A stretch of DNA of 64,000 nt from Azolla caroliniana (taxonomy: Eukaryota; Plantae; Polypodiophyta). Every line of letters starts with the position of its first letter. Within the stretch, counting starts at the first letter, position 1. A program made the translations under genes and the position numbers. The notes below the pieces were generated by a model that did not search any database, was not told where the DNA came from, and saw nothing but the letters and a program-made list of their open reading frames with translations. Below, piece after piece: positions 25,801-37,485 of the stretch. The DNA lies in the NCBI GenBank assembly GCA_043228905.1, contig JBHGNT010000022.1, forward strand, positions 4,464,001 through 4,528,000. Direction: 5' to 3'.

Positions 25801-28457
25801 AAGACCGACGCGAGTCTGACTCCGAGGGAGCTGGTGAAAAGTCTTTAAAGATGAAGACCGCGTCGACCGAGAAGGCCTCGACATCGGCTGATGTGAGATT
25901 ACGCCGATCTACCCGCCAGAAGAATCCTGTTTTACGGTTCGGATACGACGAGTACATGGCGCATCATTATGCGTACATGATCCGTGTAGCGGAAGTGCGT
26001 GAGCCGGAGAGCTACGCAGAAGTGGCTAAAGACGCGAATTGGCGTGTCGCGATGGAAGAAGAGATGCACGCATTGGCGGAGAACGAGACCTGGGACCTGG
26101 TTGATGCACCAAAGGGTATGAAGCCGATCGGGTGTAGGTGGGTGTACAACGTCAAGTACAACACCGATGGCTCGGTCAACCGGTACAAGGCTCGGCTAGT
26201 GGCAAAGGGCTACGCGCAGAAACACAACATCGACTACGATGAGACGTTTGCGCCGGTCGCGAAAATGACGACCGTCCGTGTTTTGCTTGCAGTAGCCGCG
26301 GCCAAGGGGGTGGCACTTACATCAGATGGATGTAAAGAATGCGTTCCTGCAAGGTGACCTTGAGGAACAGGTGTACATGGTACAGCCCCCTGGATTTCAC
26401 TCCGGAACGAACTCCTCGGTAGTCTGTCGATTGAAGAAGTCCCTTTACGGACTGAAGCAAGCCCCGTGTGCCTGGAACGCGAAGATCACGCAGCAACTGC
26501 GTCGGATGGGCTTCGTCACATCAAAATCGGACTCTTCCTTGTTTATCTGGAAAGTTCGACTTGGACCGGTTAGTATTTTACTATATGTTGATGACTTGGT
26601 CATCACCGGCGCCGACCTAAGTGAAATCGATCGCGTGAAGCTCCAGCTTGCGGCATCGTTCGACATGAAGGATCTGGGGGACCTTCATTACTTCCTCGGG
26701 ATCGAAGTGATCCATACCCCCGAAGGCATATTGATCAGCCAACGTCATTACGTGTTGAGTATGCTCTTCAAACTCGGGATGGCCGACTGTAAGTCCATCT
26801 CGACTCCTCTGGACAGAACCATCAAGCTTCGTCCCGATACGGGAAAGATATGCGGCCCGACGAGGTTCCGAAAATTGTCAGAAGCCTCATATACTTGACC
26901 ATCACCCGACCCGACCTCAGTTATCCGGTCGGGGTGATCAGTCAGTTCATGGCGCGACCTACCGAGGAGCACCTTCAGTGTGCGCAACGCATACTCCGGT
27001 ATGTCAACGGCACTAAGGACCGGGGACTACTATATCAGACCGGTGCAGCCACGCAGTTAGTCGGCTACACCGATGCTGATTGGGCTGGCAACGCCGCTGA
27101 TCGACGATCCACGTCCGGATACGTGTTCTCCTTCGGGAGTGCCGCGATCGCGTGGAGCAGTAAGAAGCAGTCGACAGTTGCACTGTCGACCACCGAAGCG
27201 AAGTACCGAGGAGTGGCTGTCGCGACATGCGAAGCCATATGGTTGAAGCGGCTACTTAAGGACCTGCAAGAGGAAGTGTCAAATCCAACGACGATCTACT
27301 GCGACAACCTCAGCAGCATCCAGCTCGCGAAAAACCCCGTTTTCCATGCACGGACCAAGCACATTGAGGTGCACAACCATTTCATCTGTGAGCGTGTCCA
27401 TTCCGGTGAAGTCGAACTTCAGTACGTTCCGACGGATCGGCAGACTGCCGACATCTTCACCAAGCCTCTTGGTCTGGACAAGTTGCGGAAATTCGCGGGT
27501 GCCGTCGGATTGCGTCACCTCGACGTGCCAAACTTGAGGGGGAGAACTGTCCACCAAGCAAGGCAGCAGGAAAGGAGCGGAGACCGCGACACCACCGAGT
27601 CGGTTTACTCGGTTGTCGAGTTCGACTTCGGATCGGCTGAAGAAGCCGAGGGCGGACCCGCGGAAAAGTTCAGAAGTGGACAGAAGGGGAGCAGCCGAAG
27701 GAGAGAGCCGAAGCCAACCACGCATAGGGGAGATAACGCCATCGAGGGCGAGAAGACCGAAGACGAGTTGGAGACAGCAAACTCGGACGAGAGCGAAAAC
27801 CGATCGGAGGTAGCCGAGTCGGTTCGGATGTTTGATTCAGACACGCTGAATCAACTGAGGCCTAAGCGGAAGAAAAGGCAGCAGGAGAAGCGTCAACACC
27901 GCAAAAGCAGAAGAGCTGATAAGGGCCGCATGAGCAGACAAGCGGACCGGAAGGGTCGAAGCGCGCGGAGTCGAACAGGTCGAGGAGCGCGAGCGAGGCA
28001 CGAAGCCAAGAGGAACCGAAGCCGTGAGCCCGAGGATCCCGAAGAGCCCCGAGTTGAGCTTGAGGGGGAGTGTTGAGAGACAAGCTCAACATCGGCCAGA
28101 TCGGCTGAAGAAGCCGAGGACCGGATCGGCTGGGACCGATCGGTTAGGCCGAGTGCGTAAACCAAGAGGTCGTTAGGAAAGATATTCCGTGAGGAATATA
28201 TTTGGGAGTTAGTGTAGGAGCTCTTAATGAGCATTGAAGTATTGTCAGTACTTCGGTCAGTCCTTCCAGGACTTGTATAAAAGTGTTCACTAAGCACGTC
28301 TTATGTACAGACTGAGTATTATTATTGAATATAGAGTTTTCTATGTTTCACTCTCTGTCTCTCCCGCATATACTGTGTAAGCCCAAGCTCTCCATTGAAC
28401 CTGAGTTTCCTTCCTCTGTTCTGTCTTCATACCTGCTTCCACGCACTATTTTCTACA
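22824..28457 (+). mobile_element. Full-length Ty1/copia element (LTRs 22824-23210 and 28071-28457)
   Basis: 387-bp TG...CA LTRs with roughly 15 differences. TSD ATATT. PBS TGGTATCATAGC directly abutting the LTR. PPT GAGGGGGAG. Confidence 0.97.
23283..28076 (+). pseudogene. Copia gag-pol (gag, zinc knuckle, PR, INT, RT, RNase H) with a few stops and frameshifts
   Basis: [60 protein letters not shown]. Confidence 0.95.
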
Positions 28458-28489
28458 ATATTCTTCTTGAAATCTATCTTCTTCTCAAT

Positions 28490-29510
28490 TGAAGTGTTCA
28501 TGTGAAGTGTTCTCCATAGACACATTGTACTATGTTGTGTGTATAGAAGGATGTAAAGTACTCATCTTGTACATAGAGTATTGTCCGTCCTTAAGAGAAT
28601 TGTACTAATTATGTTTTAATCCATGTGAAGGGTTCTCCATATACACATTGTACTATGTTGTGTGTTGGTTCTGTACTATGTTGTGTTTACAAAAGGATGT
28701 AAAGTACTCATCTTGTACTCATAGTATTGTCCGTCCTTAAGAGAATTGTACTAAGTATCGATTAATCCATGTGAAGGGTTCTCCATAGACACATTGTACT
28801 ATGTTGTGTGTTGGTTTTGTACTATGTTGTGTGTATAGAAGGATGTAAAGTACTCATCTTGTACTGGTGAGTATTGTCCGTACTTAAGAGAATTGTACTA
28901 ATTATGTTTTAATCCGTGTGAAGGGTTCTCCATATACACATTGTACTATGTTGTGTGTTGGTTCTGTACTATGTTGTGTTTACAAAAGGATGTAAAGTAC
29001 TCATCTTGTACTCATAGTATTGTCCGTCCTTAAGAGAATTGTACTAAGTATCGATTAATCCATGTGAAGGGTTCTCCATAGACACATTGTACTATGTTGT
29101 GTGTTGGTTTTGTACTATGTTGTGTTTACAAAAGGATGTAAAGTACTCATCTTGTACTTATAGTATTGTCCGTCCTTAAGAGAATTGTACTAATTATGTT
29201 TTAATCCATGTGAAGGGTTCTCCATAGACACATTGTACTATGTTGTGTTTACAGGAGGATGTAAAGTACTCATCTTGTACTCATAGTATTGTCCGTCCTT
29301 AAGAGAATTGTACTAAGTATCGATTAATCCATGTGAAGGGTTCTACATAGACACATTGTACTATGTTGTGTGTTGGTTTTGTACTATGTTGTGTTTACAA
29401 AAGGATATAAAGTACTCATCTTGTACTCATAGTATTGTCCGTCCTTAAGAGAATTGTACTAAATCAGTATTTACTCATGTTGTACTCATAGTATTGTACT
29501 CATCTTGTAC
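28490..29510. repeat. Tandem array, ~146-bp unit (some ~124 bp), about 7 copies; probably intronic
   Basis: atccatgtgaagggttctcc recurs at about 28620, 28766, 28912, 29058, 29204 and 29327. Ends just before the candidate AG acceptor at 29521-29522. Confidence 0.92.
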
Positions 29511-29522
29511 TCACCAAAGCAG

Positions 29523-30408
29523 GTATTTCTCCTTATTCAATATTCGTATGCAATGGAATTACTTCGGGTCTGGACATGGAAAAGGAGAGCATGATGGCGC
29601 GGGGGCTGTGATCAAACGTGCCCTTACAAGTGAGCAGTTGGATAATAATGGCGCTAAGTTACAAAATGCACATGATGTTGTGCAGTGGCTAACATGGAAG
29701 ATGTCAAATGATGGTAAGAACAGATTGTTTGTTGAAGTTTGCGCTGATGAGGTCGATAGAACTAAATCATATGGTTGTAAAACCGTGAAAGGCACACGCA
29801 GCACCCATTGTGTGTTAGGGTTTAGCCGCAAGGACACAACCCAATTGTTACTTCGTAGTTTATCATGCTTTTGTTCCATGTGTCTAGATGAAGCTTGGGA
29901 TAAATGCATCAACCTATTAATCGTGGAGCCCTAGAAGCTGCAGAAGCTTGAGTCTGAACGACAAGATGATATTGAAGAGGATGTGCATTCAAACGATATT
30001 GTATACTACAACCAAAATCAAGACTTGGCAGTTTTATTGGAAGTTGGAGATCATTTTGCAGTGCTCAAATATTCTCAGAATGAAGATTTAGAAGACTACT
30101 ACATTGTGGTGTGCAAGCAAGGAAAGACATTATTGAAAGAAGTGGTGAGGGATGGTTGGGGCAACAATTTCAACGTTGGTGAGTCTGTCGTGTATGGAAA
30201 CTATTATGCAAAGCTACCGCAGTGCAAGAACACATATGCATTACTAAAAGAAGCACCCATCGCAATAATCTACGTTGATGCCATTCTTGCGATCAAATTC
30301 AATATGACTCAAGCAAAGCACAAGGTTAAGGGATACAACACTATCTACAAGGTCCCCCAAGAGGTTCATGAGCACATATTAGGGGAGGTCTCTCTATTTA
30401 ATGCTTGA
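29523..30408 (+). pseudogene. DDD/E transposase C-terminal exon (Sola2-like), with one in-frame stop at 29932-29934
   Basis: WNYFGSGHGKGEHDGAGAVIKR and RSLSCFCSMC motifs. ORFs 29494-29934 and 29983-30408 share a frame. Confidence 0.7.
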
Positions 30409-31522
30409 AAGTCACCCTATCAATACATTGTACTAGAAAACTGAAAAACATCCACTTGGAGTTCACTATTAATTTTGATGATTGACAAATGAATTGATAT
30501 ATTTCGTCTTTCTTCCAAAGGGTTTATGCCTCTCAACCACTTGTACTTATCTTTCATAATATATTAGTTGTTGTCAACAGGACTTGGATTTCTTAATTGC
30601 CGATATTGCTCATGTTTCCTGATGTTATTTCAGCATAGGAGTTTTGCAGAGTTGGTGTGTCCTCTGTTGGCACATAAATCTGCTCTTCTTTTGCTACCAA
30701 GAGAAGATTGTTAGTTGAATTCATTAAAGACTTTAATATTGTAAGATTTTCTACTGTAAGTTCATTTTTCAAAGGGGGCGATGAATTCTGTGAAGACAAC
30801 AATGAAAATTATTCTCTCAGAATCCTTTTTTGTTTCATGATATGTCTTGTGAAGCCATCTGAGTTTTTACTTCTTGTATATAAATCCTGAATATCCAAGC
30901 TATGGATTTTAAAGTACAGACCTTCCTTTCCTTAACAAAATAATCCAACTTCTGAAACAATAATTTGTGATAGCTCAAAAAGGTAAGTGTTTCCTTACTA
31001 TTGTTAGTGGATGATTCATCCTTTGGGATGATATCATCAAAATATGGCCCACATTGCTTCAACAATTTGCACACATTCTGGTTACCGTCCAAATGGGATT
31101 GATGAATCAGTCTATACTTCAGTATATCTTCAATAACACCCGATACCCGATATTTTCTGTTTCTCATCATCAACACCTAAAAACCTAAATTTTCCTAGCA
31201 AGCTAAGAAGACTTTCAAGCATTTTATCTACAATAGACTGAAAGACTTTGCGAGGATTAGGAGATGATCTCAAAAAAGAAACAAAACGTTGTAAAATAAG
31301 AATACTTAGATCAAAAAGTATATTCCCATTGTTTTTGATATATGTTGATGAGCAAAATATAGAAGCAATCCTTAAACATGAACTTGATTTCACACTGGTA
31401 TAACTATTTCAGATTCATGAACTGGATTTTTTACATTGGCAATTGAAACAGTATTTTGGTATCCAAATAATTCAATTTCAGACATCACTAACAACTAAAG
31501 TTCAAGTACAATCGAAAGACAA

Positions 31523-34500
31523 TCAGGCACTAGAGGGTAACTTGGCCGATCTTGTAATGCGCTTGTTGTTGGTGCCAGATTTTTCTGATTTTACATTCTT
31601 CTTTATCTTAAAGCCTTTAGGTATGAGCTGACTAAGTGGCACTTCATCATCAGAGGCATCAGAGACAGGCGTGGATGCGCGGGCACCTTGTACTCGTGGC
31701 AAGCTTGAGAGAGCAACTATGTTTTCTGCAACTGCAATGCTTGTACACAAATCCACAAAGGTGTTGTCGATAGACAAATTATCACTCATCTCCTGAATGC
31801 TTGTACTCCTAGCGATCTTTATTGCCCTATCATCATCACCGATGCCTATACACTCGTTCTTATTAGACTCCTGTATGTGGACCGTGGCAGTAGTCATGGT
31901 CAACTCCTCTTGTACGATGGATGTCACCTCATTCTTAAGACAACGTTGTTCGCTCTAAGTACAATCAGGCCCACCTTCATTAGTAACGTTGTTCGCTCTA
32001 CACTCCTCATGGGATTCTGTACAATCAGGCTTATCTTCAGGGAAAGCGATGTTCTTCCCACAATCCTCATGGGCTTCACAAGACACTACTAGCACATTCT
32101 CAGTACAATCAAGCTCCTCTTCATTACTAGCAATGTTCTTTCCATGATCCTCATGGGAATCTTTAGATAGTACTAGCACATTATCAGTACAATCAGTCTT
32201 CTCTTCAGCACTTGCCACATTATCAGTACAATCAGTCTTCTCTTCAGTACTTGCCATATTCTTTCCACACTCTTCATGGGCTTCAATCTTCTCTTCAGTA
32301 CTTGCCATATTCTTTCCACACTCATAGGCTTCTTTAGACATAGTGTTGTTTGTACATGCCAGCTGCTCTTCACATATGAATGCTTCGTTTTTCTCACAAT
32401 CCTCATGTGTGGAAGATGTTCTTCCAGAGTCTGCCTCCTTGCAAAGGTTAATTTATTCTGACTCTGATGGGAATCTGATTCTGCACTTGTGCTCCATGAA
32501 GTTCCCGATTCATTTGATTGCAGTTGGGAATCAGACTGCTCTTGTAAACCTAATTAATGGGATTCCAAAGAATATTGGTATGAACTCACATACTCAAAAG
32601 TTTGCAAACAATGAACATAGGGTTTAGGGCCACATTTTTACCTAATGTTACATCGTCATACTGTACAGTCGTAGATACCCCATTGCAAGTGGTGGGCTCG
32701 GTCATCTTCTCCACAACATCTAGGTGCTCAACAGTGTTGTTATGATCTATAATAGCAACAAAAATAGGGTTGTTATGAGCTAAATCATTGTTTTCAAAGT
32801 CTGGCTTTTGATGTGTACCTGGGAGTGTGATAAATTCGTCTTCATGATCAGGTTTTGGACTCGTATCTCCGTCACCAAATATCATTTCATCATCAGCTAG
32901 TAACACAAGTACATGGTATTAGACAATGGATTAGGTTGACAATGCTCCAGACAGGTGAGAACTTATATGACTCACCATTGCATTCAACTTTGCATACAAC
33001 ATTTTTGCAACATTTCTCTTCTTACTGGGCTCTATTTGTAAAGAAACTGCATTTCTCTTCTTAGGGGGCTCTATTTCTTGATGTTGACCGGAGCTTGGGG
33101 AATTTGTTTGTAGAAGCATATGTTCCACTGCTCCAATGGCCCTTCTCATACATTCATCCTCATCATAAAAATCATAGGTTATTGGTAATGATGGTCCCTG
33201 AACCTTGGAATGTGCAGCAGATATTGAGGGTTTAGGCACAGGGGCTGGTTGTTCCATTACCTTCCCTGGCGTGGAGTTGCTTGACACTACAACATTCATT
33301 GCAAGAAACAAAAAAACCTTTAATGTTAGTACCATCATCTAAAATATATAATGTAGGTCACAAGAGCTGCTTCCCATTTTACACAATGTACCAATCATGA
33401 ACAATGTACTACTCACATAGTTCCTAAATTACTGAACTAGTACTAATAAGGAACACTGTACTGCTCACTTAGTTCCCAATTTATACGATTAGTACTAATC
33501 ATGCACAATATACACAAGTAGTACTGATCATGCACAATATACTACTCACTTAGTTGCCAAATTACACAAGTACTAATCCCGAAAAATGTACCACTGACTT
33601 AGTCAAATTAATAAGTAGTACTAATCTTGAACAATGTACTACTCACTTATTTCCTAAATCCCGAACAACGTAATGCTCACTTAGTTCCCAATTTACACAA
33701 GTAGTACTAATCATGCACAATATACTACTCACTTAGTTAGCAAATTACACAAGGAGTACTAATCCCGAACAACGTAATGCTCACTTAGTTCCCAATTTAC
33801 ACAAGTAGTACTAATCATGCACAATATACTACTCACTTAGTTACCAAATTACACAAGGAGTACTAATCCCAAACAATGTACTGCTCACTTAGTTCCCAAT
33901 TTACACAAGTAGTACTAATCATGCACAATATACTACTCACTTAGTTAGCAAATTACACAGGGAGTACTAATCCCGAACAATGTACTGCTCACTTAGTTCC
34001 CAATTTACACAAGTAGTACTAATCATGCACAATATACTACTCACTTAGTTACCAAATTACACAAGGAGTACTAATCCCGAACAATGTAATGCTCACTTAG
34101 TTCCCAATTTACACAAGTAGTACTAATCATGCACAATATACTACTCACTTAGTTAGCAAATTACACAAGGAGTACTAATCCCGAACAATGTACCACTGAC
34201 TTAGTCAAATTACACAATTAGTACTAATCCTGAACAATGTACTACTCAACAATGTACCACTGACTTAGTCAAATTACACAATTAGTACTAATCCTACAAA
34301 ATGTACTACTCACTTATTTTCTAGATTACTGATCTAGTACTAATAAGGTACAAAACTAGTACTAATAAGGAACAAAGTACTACTTAGTTCCCAAATTACA
34401 AAACTAGTATTAATCATGAGCAATGTACTAGTAACTTAGTTCACAAAGTACAGAACTAGTACTAATCATGAACCATGTAGTACTTACTAAGTACTAATCC

Positions 34501-36393
34501 AACAAATGTAGATTGGTATTTTGCACACAAGTAATACTAAACATGATATGTCTTCTACACACCTAGTTACATAACTTGTACTAATTACACCAACAGTATT
34601 AATCTTGAACAGTATTCGTACTAAACGTGATATGTGTTTGACACACCTCATTTCCAAATTACAATAATTGTACTATTATTCAACAATTTACTATACACCT
34701 TGTTCCCAAATTACATTACTAGTACTAATTCCCAAGTTACACAAACAATCTTAATAGTCAACAGTGTACTATAAGTATAGTGTTTACTAAACTAATACTA
34801 GGCAAGTTGCAATATAGATTGGATGATGTTGTACCTGGTTCCCTTTTAGTACTACTAATTGTGGAAAATATCCCTTCAACTACACATACCAATTATATAT
34901 TAAGAGTACTGCCAATACTAACCCACATAATTAGGGTTCCACATAATAGTTGTTAGAGATTACACTAAATTTGAAGTATGAATTGTGGCATACACTAGTT
35001 CTAGTCCAAATGTTAATTGACATCATATAATACAAACAATAGAATAGTAGAGCCACATACCGTACGGGTGTACTTTTAAACCCCAAGCATAGTACCACTC
35101 AGCCGCAATTGTAGTTTTACAGTCCATACATGTATTCTCTTTCTCAAAATGATACTTAGCACATAGCACATGATATGTGTGCAAGCATGGTGTAATCACA
35201 ACATCCATAGCCTCCAGCTTGAATCCGAGGCCACAAAATATACACCTAGAAGATTGCAAACACAAGTTATAACATATTAGTTGCTCACTTATTTATACCA
35301 GAGAAGTAGAAATAAATAACTTTTAAAGCCAATACCGTGATATACCTATACTAATAATGGTACTTTCTATACCACTTGGGTGCTCAATTACAGATGGACA
35401 CAAAGTATCAAAACCATTTTGTTTTAAATCCTGCATCAAGCATGCAAGGTTCTCAGAATGCAACTTTAAGGCTGACAACTTATTATCTATTTCTTCATGT
35501 GCATTCCTGCAAGTATCAAGGTCTCTCATCTGTGAACCTAATTGAGTGCCCATATTGTTTAGCTCTTTCTTCAACTCCTCTTTCAACACCTCACTTTCTG
35601 AATTTTGGATTGTCGATGCAATCCATTCATATGTAGTTTTTATTGAAGAAAATTTCTTTTCTGCCTGTATCTCAGCTGATTTAACTGCTTCCAAATCAGC
35701 AAGTAGTGTTTGTATTCTTGAGCTCATAGAAGCTATGCAACCGGCCATCATCTGTTCATGCTTTTCAGTCATTGTGGCCCGTACCTTTGCCTCTAGAACT
35801 TGGTGGATAGGTGTTATAGCTAGAATATCCACATGAGAGGTTCCAGATGACTTCAAGCCAGTGTTGGTACTGGAGGACCCTTTGTAATGTTCTGACCGGT
35901 GCCGATTAAAATCTTCCCAATTTACGTCAATGCCACCTTGAACTTCACATGCAAAAGCACGTGCAAAAACAGTACCCACCTCATTGTTAGTGATTTGATT
36001 TGTATCATAAACATGTTCGTATCTCGTCTTCAATAAATTCATGTATTCCCTCTTCAAACCACTTATGTGGAATCCTCGCCTTGTGTCGGGATGTGCTGAC
36101 CCCCAAGTTTTTAACAACCACTCTCTCAGCTCTGGATACACGTCAGGTCGTGCTCGAAGGAAATAATTCCATCCAAGAGGTGTGTCTCGACTGATGGAGT
36201 GGTACATCTTCTTTCTCTGTGTTGATGAATTCATCACCCTTTCTCTTGTGGGTGTCTTCTTGCTTTCTTTCATGGGTGTCCTTCTTCCTTCCTTCACTGG
36301 TGTCTTCACTTTCTCTTTCATCAATGTCTTCTTTATGGGTGTCCTTCTCGTCATTGTCCTAGTCAACACAATTCTCAGGGAATGAATATGCAT
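31523..36393 (-). CDS. Multi-exon cargo gene: basic N-terminus, globular domain, coiled coil, RING-H2 finger, acidic repeats (possibly pseudogenised; exon model approximate)
   Basis: 356-aa ORF 35323-36393. RING-H2 CIFC...CLHTYHVLC...CMDC at 35023-35265. Further ORFs at 33338-31523 bounded by GT/AG-like sites. A stop at 31955. Confidence 0.6.
33400..34400. repeat. Tandem array, 104-bp dimer of ~52-bp monomers; intronic in the cargo gene
   Basis: aatcccgaacaa recurs at about 33657, 33761, 33865, 33969, 34073 and 34177. Confidence 0.9.
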
Positions 36394-37357
36394 GTACTAG
36401 AAGAAAACTCAAGCAATTACCATCAACACATAGCAAATCATCACATTGCATGTACAAACCATGTCAAACACACAATAACCCTAAATAGTCGGAAAAAAAC
36501 TCATCCATGTCAAACACACAGACAATAAAAACAGACGGATAGGAAAGTCAAAGAAAACGAAAACATTGTAAATCATCATAGCCAACTCCATCACATCGCA
36601 TGTACAAGCCATGTAAAACACACAAAAACCCAAAATAGTCGGAAAAACACTCATCCATGTCAAACTCACACAAAATAAAACAGATGGACAGGAAACAAGA
36701 ACAAAACGAAAACATAGCAACTCATCATAGCCAACTCCATTTACGTTGCATGTACAAACATGTCTAACACACAACCACCTCGATCAAAATATTGTCATAC
36801 ATTTTTAAAAGAAACACAGAGAAACACAGAGAAAACAAAAACATACCAGTTAGGCATGCAACACATAGACTATGAATAATCAAACCCTAAAAATGACCAT
36901 ACACATGCAAATAAAAAACAGACAGATAGGAAACATTCAGAAAAAGAAAACATACCAGTTGGGCATGCAACACAGAGAATACCTGGAGGTCGTACAACTT
37001 GCAGAGGTACCACACCGTGTTGATTTCGACAAACGAGGCTGCTGCAGAGGAGACAAACGAGCATAGACAGAGGAAACAAACGAGCATACACAAGGAAGGA
37101 AAATCAACAACACATACAACGAGCAGGGGAAACAAAAATCTCTGCGTTCAGAGATCGAACCTGGCACAGAGGGGAACACAAGAACAGCTACGCGGGGAAA
37201 CCGAGAATCGAAGGTGGAGTGAGAGAGAGAAACAGAAAGAAAGAAAGAAACAGAGCTTTGAAGGTGGAGTGAGAGAGAGAAAGAGAGAGATAGACCTGTA
37301 ATAGATATGTCGTCTTTCTTTAACTTTCTGCCACTGTCTGTCTGACAACTTCGAGAC

Positions 37358-37360
<3 letters not shown>

Positions 37361-37411
<51 letters not shown>

Positions 37412-37485
37412 GTGAGTGAGTGAGAGAGAGAGACATACCAATTGACACGTTCGACTACCCATACCAGAGAGAGAGAGAGAGAGAG
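37361..37485. repeat. (GA)n/(GAGT)n microsatellite near the probable promoter of the cargo gene
   Basis: Read directly from the sequence. Confidence 0.9.

Noticed and set aside
30593-31393. Short minus-strand ORFs downstream of the cargo gene
   Set aside because: Fragmented, with no recognisable motif. They may be further exons, but I cannot support that.
28490-34400. CRISPR-like appearance of the tandem arrays
   Set aside because: The units are contiguous with no unique spacers, there are no cas genes, and the context is eukaryotic.
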